Positions 36,231 to 48,507 of a stretch of 58,388 nucleotides of DNA are shown piece by piece (position 1 is the stretch's first letter; each line of letters begins with the position of its first letter). The stretch is from contig JAZDPL010000027.1 of NCBI GenBank assembly GCA_043797665.1, forward strand, positions 1 through 58,388, in the 5' to 3' direction. Source of the DNA: Candidatus Omnitrophota bacterium. GTDB taxonomy: Bacteria; Ratteibacteria; UBA8468; MWAK01. The notes beneath the pieces were generated by a model. That model made no database searches. It worked only from the letters and a program-made list of their open reading frames with translations, and had not been told where the DNA came from. The position numbers were made by a program, and so were the translations under genes.

Positions 36231-36276
36231 GGGTTCGATTTATCGAACCCGCGGGTCGGATGAATCCGACCCCTAC
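36227..36276. repeat. GTAG-type REP doublet; supplies the dxs stop codon
   Basis: GTAGGGGTTCG-ATTTAT-CGAACCC-GC-GGGTCGG-ATGAAT-CCGACCCCTAC. Confidence 0.85.
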
Positions 36277-36287
36277 GTTTGGATTAT

Positions 36288-36518
36288 ATGACGAGACACA
36301 AAAGGGGTGTAAAGTTCCGGGTGAAGGTTGATAGGGAGCGTTGTAAGGGCTGCAGCCTCTGCGTTACCTTCTGTCCCAAAAAAGAGCTACGCATCCTTTC
36401 GCAAAACAAGAATAGCAAAGGCTATCGTTACGTGACTTTTTCCGGGAGTAATTGCATCGGTTGTCTGCGCTGCGGTCTCATCTGTCCGGATGTCGCCCTT
36501 ACGATTATTCAAACGTAA
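36288..36518 (+). CDS. 2[4Fe-4S] ferredoxin (2-oxoacid oxidoreductase delta-subunit-like)
   Basis: Motifs CKGCSLCVTFCP and CIGCLRCGLICPD. Start uncertain. Confidence 0.85.
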   Translation: MTRHKRGVKFRVKVDRERCKGCSLCVTFCPKKELRILSQNKNSKGYRYVTFSGSNCIGCLRCGLICPDVALTIIQT

Positions 36519-36532
36519 TTAATACCAAATTG

Positions 36533-36590
36533 CCCTTTCCAATCCTATGGAAAGGGGACTCGTATTCCTGCGGATTGTAAGCAGGAATCT
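36533..36590. repeat. Two adjacent hairpins, the second a degenerate family-2 palindrome
   Basis: ccctttcca-atccta-tggaaaggg and attcctgc-ggattgtaa-gcaggaat. Confidence 0.5.
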
Positions 36591-36604
36591 AAGGGAGGTT
36601 GGGT

Positions 36605-36787
36605 ATGAGTAAATTCTCTTTACTGCAGGCGCTTATCGGACTGATCTTTCTGATTCTGGGACTGGTGATAACCTTCAATCAGAGGTTGAATTACCAAAAG
36701 GAAGAATTAAAAGATTTCATCGCGGTCATCGGCCTTCTTCTGATGGTTACCGGCGTCATCATCCTTGCCTCTCCCCTGCTCCGGTAG
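36605..36787 (+). CDS. Small membrane protein with two TM helices
   Basis: Two hydrophobic stretches. GGAGG precedes ATG 36605. Confidence 0.6.
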   Translation: MSKFSLLQALIGLIFLILGLVITFNQRLNYQKEELKDFIAVIGLLLMVTGVIILASPLLR

Positions 36788-36803
36788 CCTCCCCGCCTTG
36801 TTT

Positions 36804-39216
<2,413 letters not shown>

Positions 39217-39419
39217 ATCCCTCACAGGAAGAAATTCAGGGTGGCTTAGGGGAGGGACGTTCGTATCATCTGTCTGGTGGACAATTTTACCTTAATACTG
39301 CCTGTTTTTCCAATGCCCGCCTGATATTTTGGTGTGTTTTCTTACTATACCCTACCCTGCCACTCACTATATCTCTATTTTGATGGCTCACCTTCCCCAC
39401 CATCCAGTCGCAATTGGTT

Positions 39420-39448
39420 TTGACTTGCCCCCAGCAAGGTGATAAGAT
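39420..39448 (+). promoter_or_regulatory. Putative promoter of the TPR protein gene
   Basis: TTGACT, 17-nt spacer, TAAGAT with TG extension. Confidence 0.55.
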
Positions 39449-39487
39449 GTAGAAAAGTAGACCTATTAAAACAAGCTTATATTTTGG

Positions 39488-41578
39488 ATGATGTCAAACC
39501 GCAATATAAAATTAAATGAAGTTGGTTCAAAAGGTTTTAAAAACCACTCACCTTCAACCCTTATTACCGTAATCGCCATCTGCCTTTTAGGTGTTCTCGT
39601 CTATTCCAATACCTTCCACAGCTCGTTTCATTTTGATGATACGCAAAACATCGTTACCAATTATGCTATCAGAAACATTTCGAACCTTCGAACCATATGG
39701 GACTTCTGTCCTACCCGTTTTTTTACTTTTCTCTCCCTCGCCTCTAACTATCATTTTCACAAATTGTCCCTGCCCGGATACCATCTCTTTAACTTAGCCG
39801 TACACATCGGCGGAGCGCTATTAGTCAGATGGCTCATAATCCTGACTCTCTCTACTCCGGTGATGAAAAATTCTCCGCTAATAAAATACGCACCGCTCAT
39901 CTCTTTCTTTGCCGGACTAATATTTGTATCCCATCCGGTCCAGACCCAGGCGGTGACCTACATTATCCAACGTGCCGCTTCTCTGGCGGCGTTCTTCTAC
40001 CTGTTCTCTCTCTGCCTGTACGCCAAAGCAAGGTTAGCGCAGAATGAAAAACTGAAATTATCCCGCTGGCGTATTTACTATGCGGGTTCGGTGCTAACAG
40101 CGGTATTAGCCCTTTTTACCAAAGAGAACACAGTAACTCTGCCGTTTCTCTTCTTGTTTTACGAATTATCTTTCTTCCGGTTCGATAAAAAGACCACGGT
40201 TAAACACCTCCTGCCGTTTTTCCTCATTTTACTGGCGGTTATCGTAACGATGCGGTCAACCGGTTCGGTAAAATTTTCCGAAATGAAGAACCTGAATGAA
40301 GAAAACACCCCTTCCAGTATTATTTCTCCCAGGCAGTATCTTTTGACCCAGTTCCGGGTAATAGTCACCTATCTAAGGCTTCTTTTGATACCCGTAAACC
40401 AAAACCTCGATTATGATTATCCGCTTAGCCAAACCTTATTTAATCTGCCAACGTTAGCCAGTCTCTGTCTGCTGACTTTGTTTCTGATAACTGCGGTTTT
40501 ACTCTTTCGGAAAGAACGATTGATTTCGTTTTCGATCTTCTGGTTCTTCCTCACCCTGATGCCGGAATCGAGCATCATACCCATCAGTGATGTCATCTTC
40601 GAACACCGCCTCTATCTGCCGATGGTTGGTTACTGCATCTTTTTACCGGCTACCGGCTATTACCTCTTTGGAGGTAAAAGACTTAAACCCGTAATCTATA
40701 ATACCTTATTGGCAATAGTTATCTGCTATTCCGCACTCACTTATGTAAGAAACCAGGTCTGGAAGGATGATTCAACCCTGTGGAATGACACGGTAAATAA
40801 GTCTCCGAATAAGGCGAGACCTCATTATAACCGGGGGGTGGTGTACCGGGATAAGGGTGATTCCGATAAAGCAATTGCCGACTGTAATCAGGCGTTAAGG
40901 ATTAACCCGAACTACGCATATGCTTATAATAACCGAGGGGCGGCGTACTGGGATAAGGGTGATTCCGATAAAGCAATTGCCGACTATAATCAGGCATTAA
41001 GAATTAACCCGAACTACGCAGATGTTTATAATAATCGAGGAGTGGCGTATAAGAGCAAAGGTGACTATGATAAAGCGATTGCCGACTATAATCAGGCGTT
41101 AAGGATTAATTCAAACTACGCAGATGTTTATAATAACCGAGGAGTGGCGTATCAGAGTAAAGGTGACTATGATAAAGCGATTGCCGACTATAATCAGGCG
41201 TTAAAGATTAATCCAAACTACGCATATGCTTATTTCAACCGGGGGATGGCGTATCGGGATAAGGGTGATTCCGATAAAGCAATTGCCGACTGTAATCAGG
41301 CGTTAAGGATTAACCCGAACTACGCAGATGCTTATTATAACCGAGGAGTGGCATACTGGGATAAGGGTGATTCCGATAAAGCAATTGCCGACTATAATCA
41401 GGCATTAAGGATTAACCCGAACTACGCAGATGTTTATTATAACCGGGGGGTGGCGTATTTCATTAAAAAAAACTATGCTAAAGCATGGGAGGATGTTCAT
41501 AAGGTACAAAGTTTAGGCTCCCACATCAATCCGGCATTTCTTGAAGAACTCCGTAAAGCATCGGGAAGGGATAAATGA
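39488..41578 (+). CDS. TMTC-like multi-pass membrane protein (GT-C-like) with C-terminal TPR repeats
   Basis: Motifs FHFDD, HPVQTQAVTYIIQR, FTKE, NLDYDY, FEHRLYLP, RNQVWKD. Six or more 34-aa TPRs. Confidence 0.8.
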   Translation: MMSNRNIKLNEVGSKGFKNHSPSTLITVIAICLLGVLVYSNTFHSSFHFDDTQNIVTNYAIRNISNLRTIWDFCPTRFFTFLSLASNYHFHKLSLPGYHLFNLAVHIGGALLVRWLIILTLSTPVMKNSPLIKYAPLISFFAGLIFVSHPVQTQAVTYIIQRAASLAAFFYLFSLCLYAKARLAQNEKLKLSRWRIYYAGSVLTAVLALFTKENTVTLPFLFLFYELSFFRFDKKTTVKHLLPFFLILLAVIVTMRSTGSVKFSEMKNLNEENTPSSIISPRQYLLTQFRVIVTYLRLLLIPVNQNLDYDYPLSQTLFNLPTLASLCLLTLFLITAVLLFRKERLISFSIFWFFLTLMPESSIIPISDVIFEHRLYLPMVGYCIFLPATGYYLFGGKRLKPVIYNTLLAIVICYSALTYVRNQVWKDDSTLWNDTVNKSPNKARPHYNRGVVYRDKGDSDKAIADCNQALRINPNYAYAYNNRGAAYWDKGDSDKAIADYNQALRINPNYADVYNNRGVAYKSKGDYDKAIADYNQALRINSNYADVYNNRGVAYQSKGDYDKAIADYNQALKINPNYAYAYFNRGMAYRDKGDSDKAIADCNQALRINPNYADAYYNRGVAYWDKGDSDKAIADYNQALRINPNYADVYYNRGVAYFIKKNYAKAWEDVHKVQSLGSHINPAFLEELRKASGRDK
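40823..41458 (+). repeat. Tandem 102-bp TPR-coding repeats (6 full units plus a partial one)
   Basis: Near-identical units containing gataaagcaattgccgactataatcaggc... Confidence 0.92.
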
Positions 41579-41741
41579 GTGTGCATCGTTGAGAACCCAA
41601 CATCTTCCTTTCCCTACCGATTGGTATCCCCCCTGTCTGTTGGAGAATTCTGACCTTCGATATACCCCTTACTTCCTAACGCCAACCTTTTGAATCCGGG
41701 GCTTTTCTCATCCACCATTCTTAATTAAACTTACTCCGCTC

Positions 41742-42083
41742 TTATGTCAATAATGTTAATAACTTATTGAGAACCTCTTTAACGGTTGCCTCTGGCAAAG
41801 CACACACGAATTCTGCATTCCGTGTACGCCAGTCAAGATTCTTGACCTGATCCGATAAAATGACACCCGTCACAGGGAGTCCCTTCGGAACACATACTTC
41901 AAACGGGTATCCCTTGATTTGACCGGTAATCGGACACAGAACCGCTAAGCCGACCTTTCGATTGTATGCTTCAGGAGACAGTACAACGGCAGGACGACGG
42001 CCTGATTGCTCATGTCCAGTCTGCGGACTCAACGAAATCCATACAACGTCTCCGCGGGCCGGAAAATACTCCTTTTTCACCAT
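41742..42083 (-). CDS. mazF: MazF/PemK endoribonuclease toxin
   Basis: Motifs RGDVVW, GHEQSGRRPAVVLSP, CPIT, KGYPFEV, LSDQVKNLDW. Confidence 0.93.
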   Translation of the reverse strand: MVKKEYFPARGDVVWISLSPQTGHEQSGRRPAVVLSPEAYNRKVGLAVLCPITGQIKGYPFEVCVPKGLPVTGVILSDQVKNLDWRTRNAEFVCALPEATVKEVLNKLLTLLT

Positions 42084-42319
42084 ACTTCCTTTCCGGTCCG
42101 TTTCCCCGTATCAACCCCATCGTGAATATTATCCCTATTTACTTCATCAAGCAGTTTTTCTAGCGTCCACTTTCCTTGTTTCACGGGATTCACAAGCATC
42201 TTTCCTTTCCAAAATGTTATCTCAACGGTGGAATTGTTTTGTATGTGCATGTTCGCGGCAAAAGCCATAGGAATTCGCATTGCCAAACTATTGCCCCATT
42301 TTTGTACTCGTGTTCTCAT
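42077..42319 (-). CDS. mazE: MazE/AbrB-type antitoxin
   Basis: VQKWGNSLAMRIP. GGAGGA SD favours ATG 42319. Overlaps mazF. Confidence 0.9.
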   Translation of the reverse strand: MRTRVQKWGNSLAMRIPMAFAANMHIQNNSTVEITFWKGKMLVNPVKQGKWTLEKLLDEVNRDNIHDGVDTGKRTGKEVW

Positions 42320-42333
42320 TGTCATCCTCCTCG

Positions 42334-42373
42334 TTTCTACATTGAATATACAATAAGTCTCTACAAATGTCAA
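42334..42373 (-). promoter_or_regulatory. mazEF promoter with repeated TGTAGA(G/A)AC boxes (possible autoregulatory operator)
   Basis: Minus strand TTGACA, 17-nt spacer, TATATT. tgtagagac lies in the spacer and tgtagaaac downstream. Confidence 0.72.
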
Positions 42374-42528
42374 GTCGGCCGCCTTCGGCTTTCACTACGC
42401 CCTCTTTCCAATTCAATGGATAGAACCCGCAGGTCTGCCATTCGCTAATTCGTCTCAAATCAGAAACTTAGACACAAAGGCACCTTATGATTCTACCCCG
42501 CCCAAGCCTTTTTCATCTATACCCACAT

Positions 42529-43818
42529 TTAACTTACCAGTCGCAGGTAGTGTTCGCTAGGTTCCAGAATCCCGGCGCTGCAGGCGTAGAAATCGTCATC
42601 CAGGCGGAAGAGGCCGTTGGCGGTTTTTGTCCAGGGAGCATTGTAGCGGGGATGGTAGGACCGCATCGTTTCCCAGTTCCGGTAGTTCTGATGGCCGTTG
42701 GTTTCCAGGAGACCAATCTTCAGCCCCGGCAGGGGAGCCAACCGGGCGGCTACGTTCTTGTTCCAGTCCACCAGGATGGGGTTTACGGTCAGGTCAGCGC
42801 AGAAACACGGCACGCCTCTTTCACTGGCCAGTTTGGCTATCTTCAAACTCATACTCATCGTCTTGGCGATGGGCTTGAGGGCGATGGCTCGGTAACCTAA
42901 TTCAATCCTTTCCAGGGCGTCCTTGTCCGAATGGGCGCTTTCGTCCGCAGCCAACCGCACCGGCACGTCCCTGACGTCAACCTTGTATTCTTCCGGGAAG
43001 GGCTCTTCCATAATCATAATTCTTTCCAGGGCGCCGATTTTCCCGGCGTGTTCCAGCAGTTGCATCAGGCGTTCCTTGCTGTCGTAGCGGCCGTTGGCGT
43101 CCAGATAATAAGGTATGCGGCCGTCTTTGGTATAAGGGATTTCCCGGTCCTTGACCGCTTCGTGGATGGCTGACAGCCGTTCCTTGTCCCAGCGGAGCAT
43201 CTTCTCCGGGTCGCCGTCCTTGTCCGGGTCGGAGCCGATTTTTATCTTGAGAAAGAAACAGCCGTCTTTAACCGCGGCGACGATGTCTTTCAGCGATACG
43301 CCGTAACTCATCAAGGGGATGCTGGCCAGTTCCCGGTGCCGGTAAGTGAGGGCGGACATCAGTTCCGCAGGCACCATCTGGTCAAAACCGATTATGCCCT
43401 TTTCCGCGCAGTACAATTGCCAAGCCGCATTATCCACGGCTACCAGGGCGTTAAGGACAAAAGTCAGCCGCAGGTTCTGCTTGCCGGTTACCTTCTTTCC
43501 ATATTCGTAGGAAAGGGGGACCAGTTTTTCCAGCAGGTCAACCGGTGTTTCAAACGGAATCTCTTTTGCCAGCCGCAGGGCCTCTTCAGTTATCCGGTAC
43601 ATCATTTCGTTTCCGGCATTCTCGGGGTTCTTCAGGAAGACCTCGGCGTCAGACCACAGGGTACTCTGCGTGCCGAGTCCGAGTCCCTGCCTGCCGTTTT
43701 CGCTCTCCATCAAAGCGACGGTCTGCCACGCCCCGCTCAGGTAACCGCCCTTGAAGCCGAACGGCGCCAGGAACGGCTCATCCTCAAAAGCAATCTTTGT
43801 TTTTCTTATCCTAATCAT
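42529..43818 (-). CDS. Enolase superfamily (mandelate racemase/epimerase-like) enzyme
   Basis: Motifs KIKIG (KxK), YLDANG, MEEPF, AADES, ALKPIAK. Confidence 0.8.
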   Translation of the reverse strand: MIRIRKTKIAFEDEPFLAPFGFKGGYLSGAWQTVALMESENGRQGLGLGTQSTLWSDAEVFLKNPENAGNEMMYRITEEALRLAKEIPFETPVDLLEKLVPLSYEYGKKVTGKQNLRLTFVLNALVAVDNAAWQLYCAEKGIIGFDQMVPAELMSALTYRHRELASIPLMSYGVSLKDIVAAVKDGCFFLKIKIGSDPDKDGDPEKMLRWDKERLSAIHEAVKDREIPYTKDGRIPYYLDANGRYDSKERLMQLLEHAGKIGALERIMIMEEPFPEEYKVDVRDVPVRLAADESAHSDKDALERIELGYRAIALKPIAKTMSMSLKIAKLASERGVPCFCADLTVNPILVDWNKNVAARLAPLPGLKIGLLETNGHQNYRNWETMRSYHPRYNAPWTKTANGLFRLDDDFYACSAGILEPSEHYLRLVS

Positions 43819-43841
43819 TTATACAATGTGTAGGAATTTAG

Positions 43842-46427
43842 TTAACGGAACAAAAGAATGCCAAATTTATCCGGACTCCAGTTGTTACCGGCAGTAAATG
43901 TCCAGCCGCTTATTTCTTCATCTTTTTGCTTTTTTTCCCGGCGCGCACGATTAAAATTCACTTTCCATTGAGACCCCTGGATAGGTTTTTGCTCGGTATC
44001 GGTAAAAGAGGCCAAAGGAAGAGCCATCTCTACCGTCCAGAACAAATCTCCCGTATAAACCTTTGCTGAGTATTCCGGGTTCCATCCTGTTGGATTATTA
44101 CTAGCATAGTGGGCATCATATTTTATGCCGGCGGCCGAGACTATCATGTGATAGAAATTATCTCCCTCGGCTGCTGGAATTACAAAAAATTCCACACAAT
44201 CATCTTCCCATACAGCAGGACTATCGTGCTCCTGAAATTCAGTTACTAATTTATCAGTGTCGGTTTCTAAGCATAGATAGGCCAAATAGAGATTATTTGC
44301 ATCATATGTACCCGCTACCAACGTAGGTTGTGATACTATAGTGTCACTTCGATACTCTCTGAAATTGTCAACCTTCTCCGCTTCCTTCCAGCATTTATCA
44401 TTTAGAATACCGTCTATCCGGGGCGGGACAGAGGTTGGTATTATTGAAAGAGTCTTCTTTCCTATGTCAGATGGCTGGAGACCACAAACAAAAGGTTTTA
44501 ACCATATTACCGTAGACTTACCCCAGGGACTATTGTCAAATGATTGTGCCCAGGCTCCTTTCTTGCCGGCTTTCTCCATCAGTAACCCTGTTTGCAGGTA
44601 GAGGGAATCGGTTAAAGAGCCCCCCGGAGATTTATCCAGAAAATTCTTATAGGTGGTAACTCCAAAGAGTAAACTACTGCCTTCCAGAGACGTCAAGTTT
44701 CCCAATCTTTTAACCTGTTCAAAATCATTTAAATTTCGGGTGACCGTTTTTCCCCACGTCTTAAAGGATGATAAAAAGAAGTCAGCACGGAGCTTTTCTT
44801 TCTCCCCTTTTGCTTTTGCTACTACCAACCTTAATAGTTCTTCACATTCGTTAATATCCTTTCCGGTAAGCATATTGAGATAAGAATTTGATCCAAAATT
44901 CAGAAATTGAATTTTCCTGGCGTCTTTAAACCAGATTGACTGGAGAATGCGTTCGGTCCAGAATTTCTCCCAGAACGCAAAATAGTTTGATAGATATGGA
45001 GCGGCATCCTTGCCAACGGCACATTTATACCACTCCATCAGAGTCTCATCAACATCCAGGTAAGGATTCCACTGTAGTTTCAGGGATAAATATAGTTTGG
45101 GACCTTCCCTCCAGTCCTCAGCAGGATAGGCTTCCGCATAAAGGTAACGTACCTGATGCTCATAGCCAAACCGGTAGTAATCTGCCATTTTATGAAACCA
45201 TACCCGGGGGACAAGATAATTCTTGCACGGCCTTCCGTAGATGTAGTCATACCAGCCCAGCGTAGAAACAGCTTTTGTCCACTCTTTCGTTAATTTATGA
45301 CCCTCTTCCTCTATTTCTTTATCCGCCCATTTCAAACGTTCGTAGGTCATATAAGGGATAATATGGGAATTCAATTTTACATTAGCGGGAGGCTCAAAAG
45401 CTTCACTATAAGCCAGCAAACCAAAATACTTATCGGGATACTGTTTTAATACCCCCTCAACTACTGCATTGCACCATTCATAATATATATCTGAATAGTT
45501 TTTCATTCCTAAAATGTTCTTCTTGCCGGGAACTCTTGCAAGGCATTTCTCACACTCGCAGTGTCCGCCTAAATCATTGACTCCCAGAGAGTAAGATGTG
45601 GCTTCCGGATGGTTAGCAAAATACTCACAGATATTATTTATTGCTTCCTCAACAATACCTTCGGCGAAAAAACAGGGTTGCCACCCGTGGACATTATTCC
45701 TCGCAGGCAGATAACGCTCCCCGCTAATAATCGGGAAGAATTCCGGGTGCGTCTTGGTATATTTCTCCGGTGGAAAGAGCCAGAGAAGATTTTCTGAAAA
45801 TTTCACCCGATTATGCATCCGGTTGCGCCGTGCCCATGTTTCTCCCTGGGCTCCTAGTCCACTGAATGAACGAGAAAAAAATGCCGGCTCTTGCCGTACT
45901 TCATCTGCGGGAATTCTCAGCGTTTTGTGCTCCGGGATATACTCTCCCAGGTCCCCGGGAAAGAGCCAGCGGATACCAAGATACCTTTCCAAAAACTCAT
46001 AAACAGCGAACTCGGTACCCCACTCAGAAGCGCCACAAATAACTACGTTTCTGGCATCAGGGAAAGCGATAATAAAGCCGTCGGCATCAATCTTTTCTAT
46101 CCCTAAATGAAGCGCATTAACATAGGCAGTATATCCAAGATGGAGCTTAATAATATCTGGAGCGAGAGTGACATTTTCTCTTTCAACAGGAATTTTGGCC
46201 CGGGTACTTAAAAGGATATACCGGGAGAGTAAGTGAGCCGAGTTTTGCACTGAACTATTGGCATCAACAGGAATAATGATGGCAGCCAAAGATTTTTCGT
46301 TCTCTACCAAACAAAGTGTCATAGGTGCTCCTTTTGCTAAAAGAAATCCGGCAGAGAGAAAAAAAAGCATTAAAACAAACAATAACTGCTTTCGCCCCAT
46401 ATTAAAAATATCTTCCATAGTCCGCAC
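43842..46427 (-). CDS. Exported DUF4838-like protein with C-terminal CBM9-like domain
   Basis: Signal-like N-terminus. AVYEFLERYLGIRWLFPG, HPEFF, ND..GHCECEKC. C-terminal PRIDGILND..W, WEDDCVEFF, WTVEMALP. Confidence 0.7.
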   Translation of the reverse strand: MRTMEDIFNMGRKQLLFVLMLFFLSAGFLLAKGAPMTLCLVENEKSLAAIIIPVDANSSVQNSAHLLSRYILLSTRAKIPVERENVTLAPDIIKLHLGYTAYVNALHLGIEKIDADGFIIAFPDARNVVICGASEWGTEFAVYEFLERYLGIRWLFPGDLGEYIPEHKTLRIPADEVRQEPAFFSRSFSGLGAQGETWARRNRMHNRVKFSENLLWLFPPEKYTKTHPEFFPIISGERYLPARNNVHGWQPCFFAEGIVEEAINNICEYFANHPEATSYSLGVNDLGGHCECEKCLARVPGKKNILGMKNYSDIYYEWCNAVVEGVLKQYPDKYFGLLAYSEAFEPPANVKLNSHIIPYMTYERLKWADKEIEEEGHKLTKEWTKAVSTLGWYDYIYGRPCKNYLVPRVWFHKMADYYRFGYEHQVRYLYAEAYPAEDWREGPKLYLSLKLQWNPYLDVDETLMEWYKCAVGKDAAPYLSNYFAFWEKFWTERILQSIWFKDARKIQFLNFGSNSYLNMLTGKDINECEELLRLVVAKAKGEKEKLRADFFLSSFKTWGKTVTRNLNDFEQVKRLGNLTSLEGSSLLFGVTTYKNFLDKSPGGSLTDSLYLQTGLLMEKAGKKGAWAQSFDNSPWGKSTVIWLKPFVCGLQPSDIGKKTLSIIPTSVPPRIDGILNDKCWKEAEKVDNFREYRSDTIVSQPTLVAGTYDANNLYLAYLCLETDTDKLVTEFQEHDSPAVWEDDCVEFFVIPAAEGDNFYHMIVSAAGIKYDAHYASNNPTGWNPEYSAKVYTGDLFWTVEMALPLASFTDTEQKPIQGSQWKVNFNRARREKKQKDEEISGWTFTAGNNWSPDKFGILLFR

Positions 46428-46457
46428 CTTCTCACCTCAGACTCTGTACAATTTCTA

Positions 46458-48506
46458 CTATTTTTCTGTATTCTTCGGAGATAACATCAAGACGCGTACC
46501 TGTCTGCCTGCAAGAGGAACAACGGCAATTTTGTTAGCCGTTCTGATTTTCCGTTCTTCAAAAGGGTCCCGGATTATTATTTCCGAAGGAAGTCTTAATT
46601 TTGCGGTGCATCGTTTTTCAGACGGGTTCTGGAGAAAGACAACCCGCTGTTTCTGATAGTGCGCCGTATTGACCCAAACCGGACCTTTTATGTCCATGGG
46701 CGGTTGGATGCCGCAGGTCCGTAAATGCTTATCAAGCCAGGCAGTAAGCAATCTTGAGCCGACTGCATAGTCCGCCCCGACAAAAGAGGTCAGATACGTC
46801 AAGGTCCCCTTTCCGAAAGAACGTTTCAACGCCGCCGGTTTTCCTTTCCATTCAAGCAATACCTCGGTCGCCTTCTGTGTATGCACGTATTCAAAAAGAA
46901 ATTTGCCTGATAGGCGTTTTGTTTTTCCGCCGGGTTTATTGAAATCGAACCGCTCTCCGCTTACGCGTTCGGTTACGTGCAGACCGAACAATTCAGCCAA
47001 TCCATCTCCGGGGAATTTCTCAAACGTCTCGCCCCGCGGGTTAAAGACGCCGGTAAAAGGTCCAGCAATGAGATGGCCTCCGCTTTGAATCCATGGCGCT
47101 AATTTTTCAACCAGGCCGTCTCTCAAAACAACCAGGCTGGGGGCGATAATTACCTTAAGGGACTGCCCGGGTGCCGTTGAGCAGATACTTTCAGTGCGCA
47201 GGAAATCCGGGCTGTAACCGAGGTCAAGGATTGCGCGGAGCCATTGTTCAAATTCGTTGCATTCCTGCCAGGGTTGTTTCCACCAGCATTCACTGGCGGA
47301 GCGGAATACCATATCCAGCGGTTCGAAAAGTAATCCAATCTCGGCGGGGTCATATGTCAGAGTTTCCGCATTCCAGGTGCTTAAGATTCTGGAAAGGCGG
47401 GAAACGGCTTCCACGCGTTCCGAAAGAGTTCCGTCCTGGTTCAGTAATCCAAAGTTCGGGGCTTCCTGTCCGACAATCTCATTCCGGTATTGCCAGAAAC
47501 TCACGTTCGCGGCGCCGTGTCCCGCTGCTCTCAGAACGTCACTGACCATGTTCTGGGCGGTGTAAGTGTAATGGCCGTAGTAATAAGCCATGCGGCCGCC
47601 GGAGTGTTCCGTTAACCACCATTTTCCGGGACCTTTGATAGAGCGCTGTTTGATACAGGACATGGTGTCGGCAAACGCATCCTGATTGTAAGTACTGTTG
47701 CCGTAAATATCTGCGTGGAGGGCGGCAAACCAGTCATCCCGGTCACCCGGATAAGGACTGTTTGTATTGGTGTGCATTGAAACGGGTCGAGACGGGTCTA
47801 TTTCACGGACCAGACCGGCGCGGCGTTTTGCTTCCTCTATGGTTGCATTCCATTTGAATTCGGCGAAATCTGCGGCATCGGACAGAAGGATTAAGTCGGC
47901 CTGAATCGCCGGGTTGGGCATAATTACTTCGGTGAAGTCAAGGAATTGGGCGCCCTTCTTCCGGTTATAGGCATCTATGGTGCCGTATTTCTCTTTTATC
48001 CACGCCTGGTATGCGGTTTCCGTGTACCGGTCATACGAATCCCACGGGTGCTGGATTTCGTTCCATACGTTCCAGGTCAGAATGGAGAGATGGTCTTTTA
48101 GTCGGCCCACAACCTGCCGGTAATAGTCGTCGATGAGGGCACGGGCGGTCGGATGATGGGAATTCAAGCCAGGCCAACCGCCCAGCTGGAGCATGGAATG
48201 GGCGTGGAGATATACGGCTTGGCCGGCGCTGCTGACTATGAGCGTCTCCGGAAAATCCCGGACTACCCAGTCGGGAGCCGACTCCGGAACGAGTTGGACT
48301 CTTACGCCCAATTCATATTCACGGGCGATGTCAAACAGGCGCCGATATTTATCCGGATTCCACCGGCCGCGTTCAGGATTGACATAACGCCACGGTATCC
48401 AGCAGCCGATGAACGAGAATCCTTTTTCTGCAATGTTCGCAAGGTCATTCCGCCAGAATTTCTCCGGCGGATTGGGATCGCGGTAATATTGCGTTCCAAT
48501 CTTCAT
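46458..48506 (-). CDS. GH42-like beta-galactosidase
   Basis: Motifs GTQYYR, WNVWNE, WLTEH, FWQYR..GQE, plus trimerisation domain. Confidence 0.75.
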   Translation of the reverse strand: MKIGTQYYRDPNPPEKFWRNDLANIAEKGFSFIGCWIPWRYVNPERGRWNPDKYRRLFDIAREYELGVRVQLVPESAPDWVVRDFPETLIVSSAGQAVYLHAHSMLQLGGWPGLNSHHPTARALIDDYYRQVVGRLKDHLSILTWNVWNEIQHPWDSYDRYTETAYQAWIKEKYGTIDAYNRKKGAQFLDFTEVIMPNPAIQADLILLSDAADFAEFKWNATIEEAKRRAGLVREIDPSRPVSMHTNTNSPYPGDRDDWFAALHADIYGNSTYNQDAFADTMSCIKQRSIKGPGKWWLTEHSGGRMAYYYGHYTYTAQNMVSDVLRAAGHGAANVSFWQYRNEIVGQEAPNFGLLNQDGTLSERVEAVSRLSRILSTWNAETLTYDPAEIGLLFEPLDMVFRSASECWWKQPWQECNEFEQWLRAILDLGYSPDFLRTESICSTAPGQSLKVIIAPSLVVLRDGLVEKLAPWIQSGGHLIAGPFTGVFNPRGETFEKFPGDGLAELFGLHVTERVSGERFDFNKPGGKTKRLSGKFLFEYVHTQKATEVLLEWKGKPAALKRSFGKGTLTYLTSFVGADYAVGSRLLTAWLDKHLRTCGIQPPMDIKGPVWVNTAHYQKQRVVFLQNPSEKRCTAKLRLPSEIIIRDPFEERKIRTANKIAVVPLAGRQVRVLMLSPKNTEK

Positions 48507-48507
48507 T

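Noticed and set aside
42320..42373. N-terminal extension of mazE from the ORF track
   Set aside because: The TTG start is the -35 hexamer, and SD spacing supports ATG 42319.
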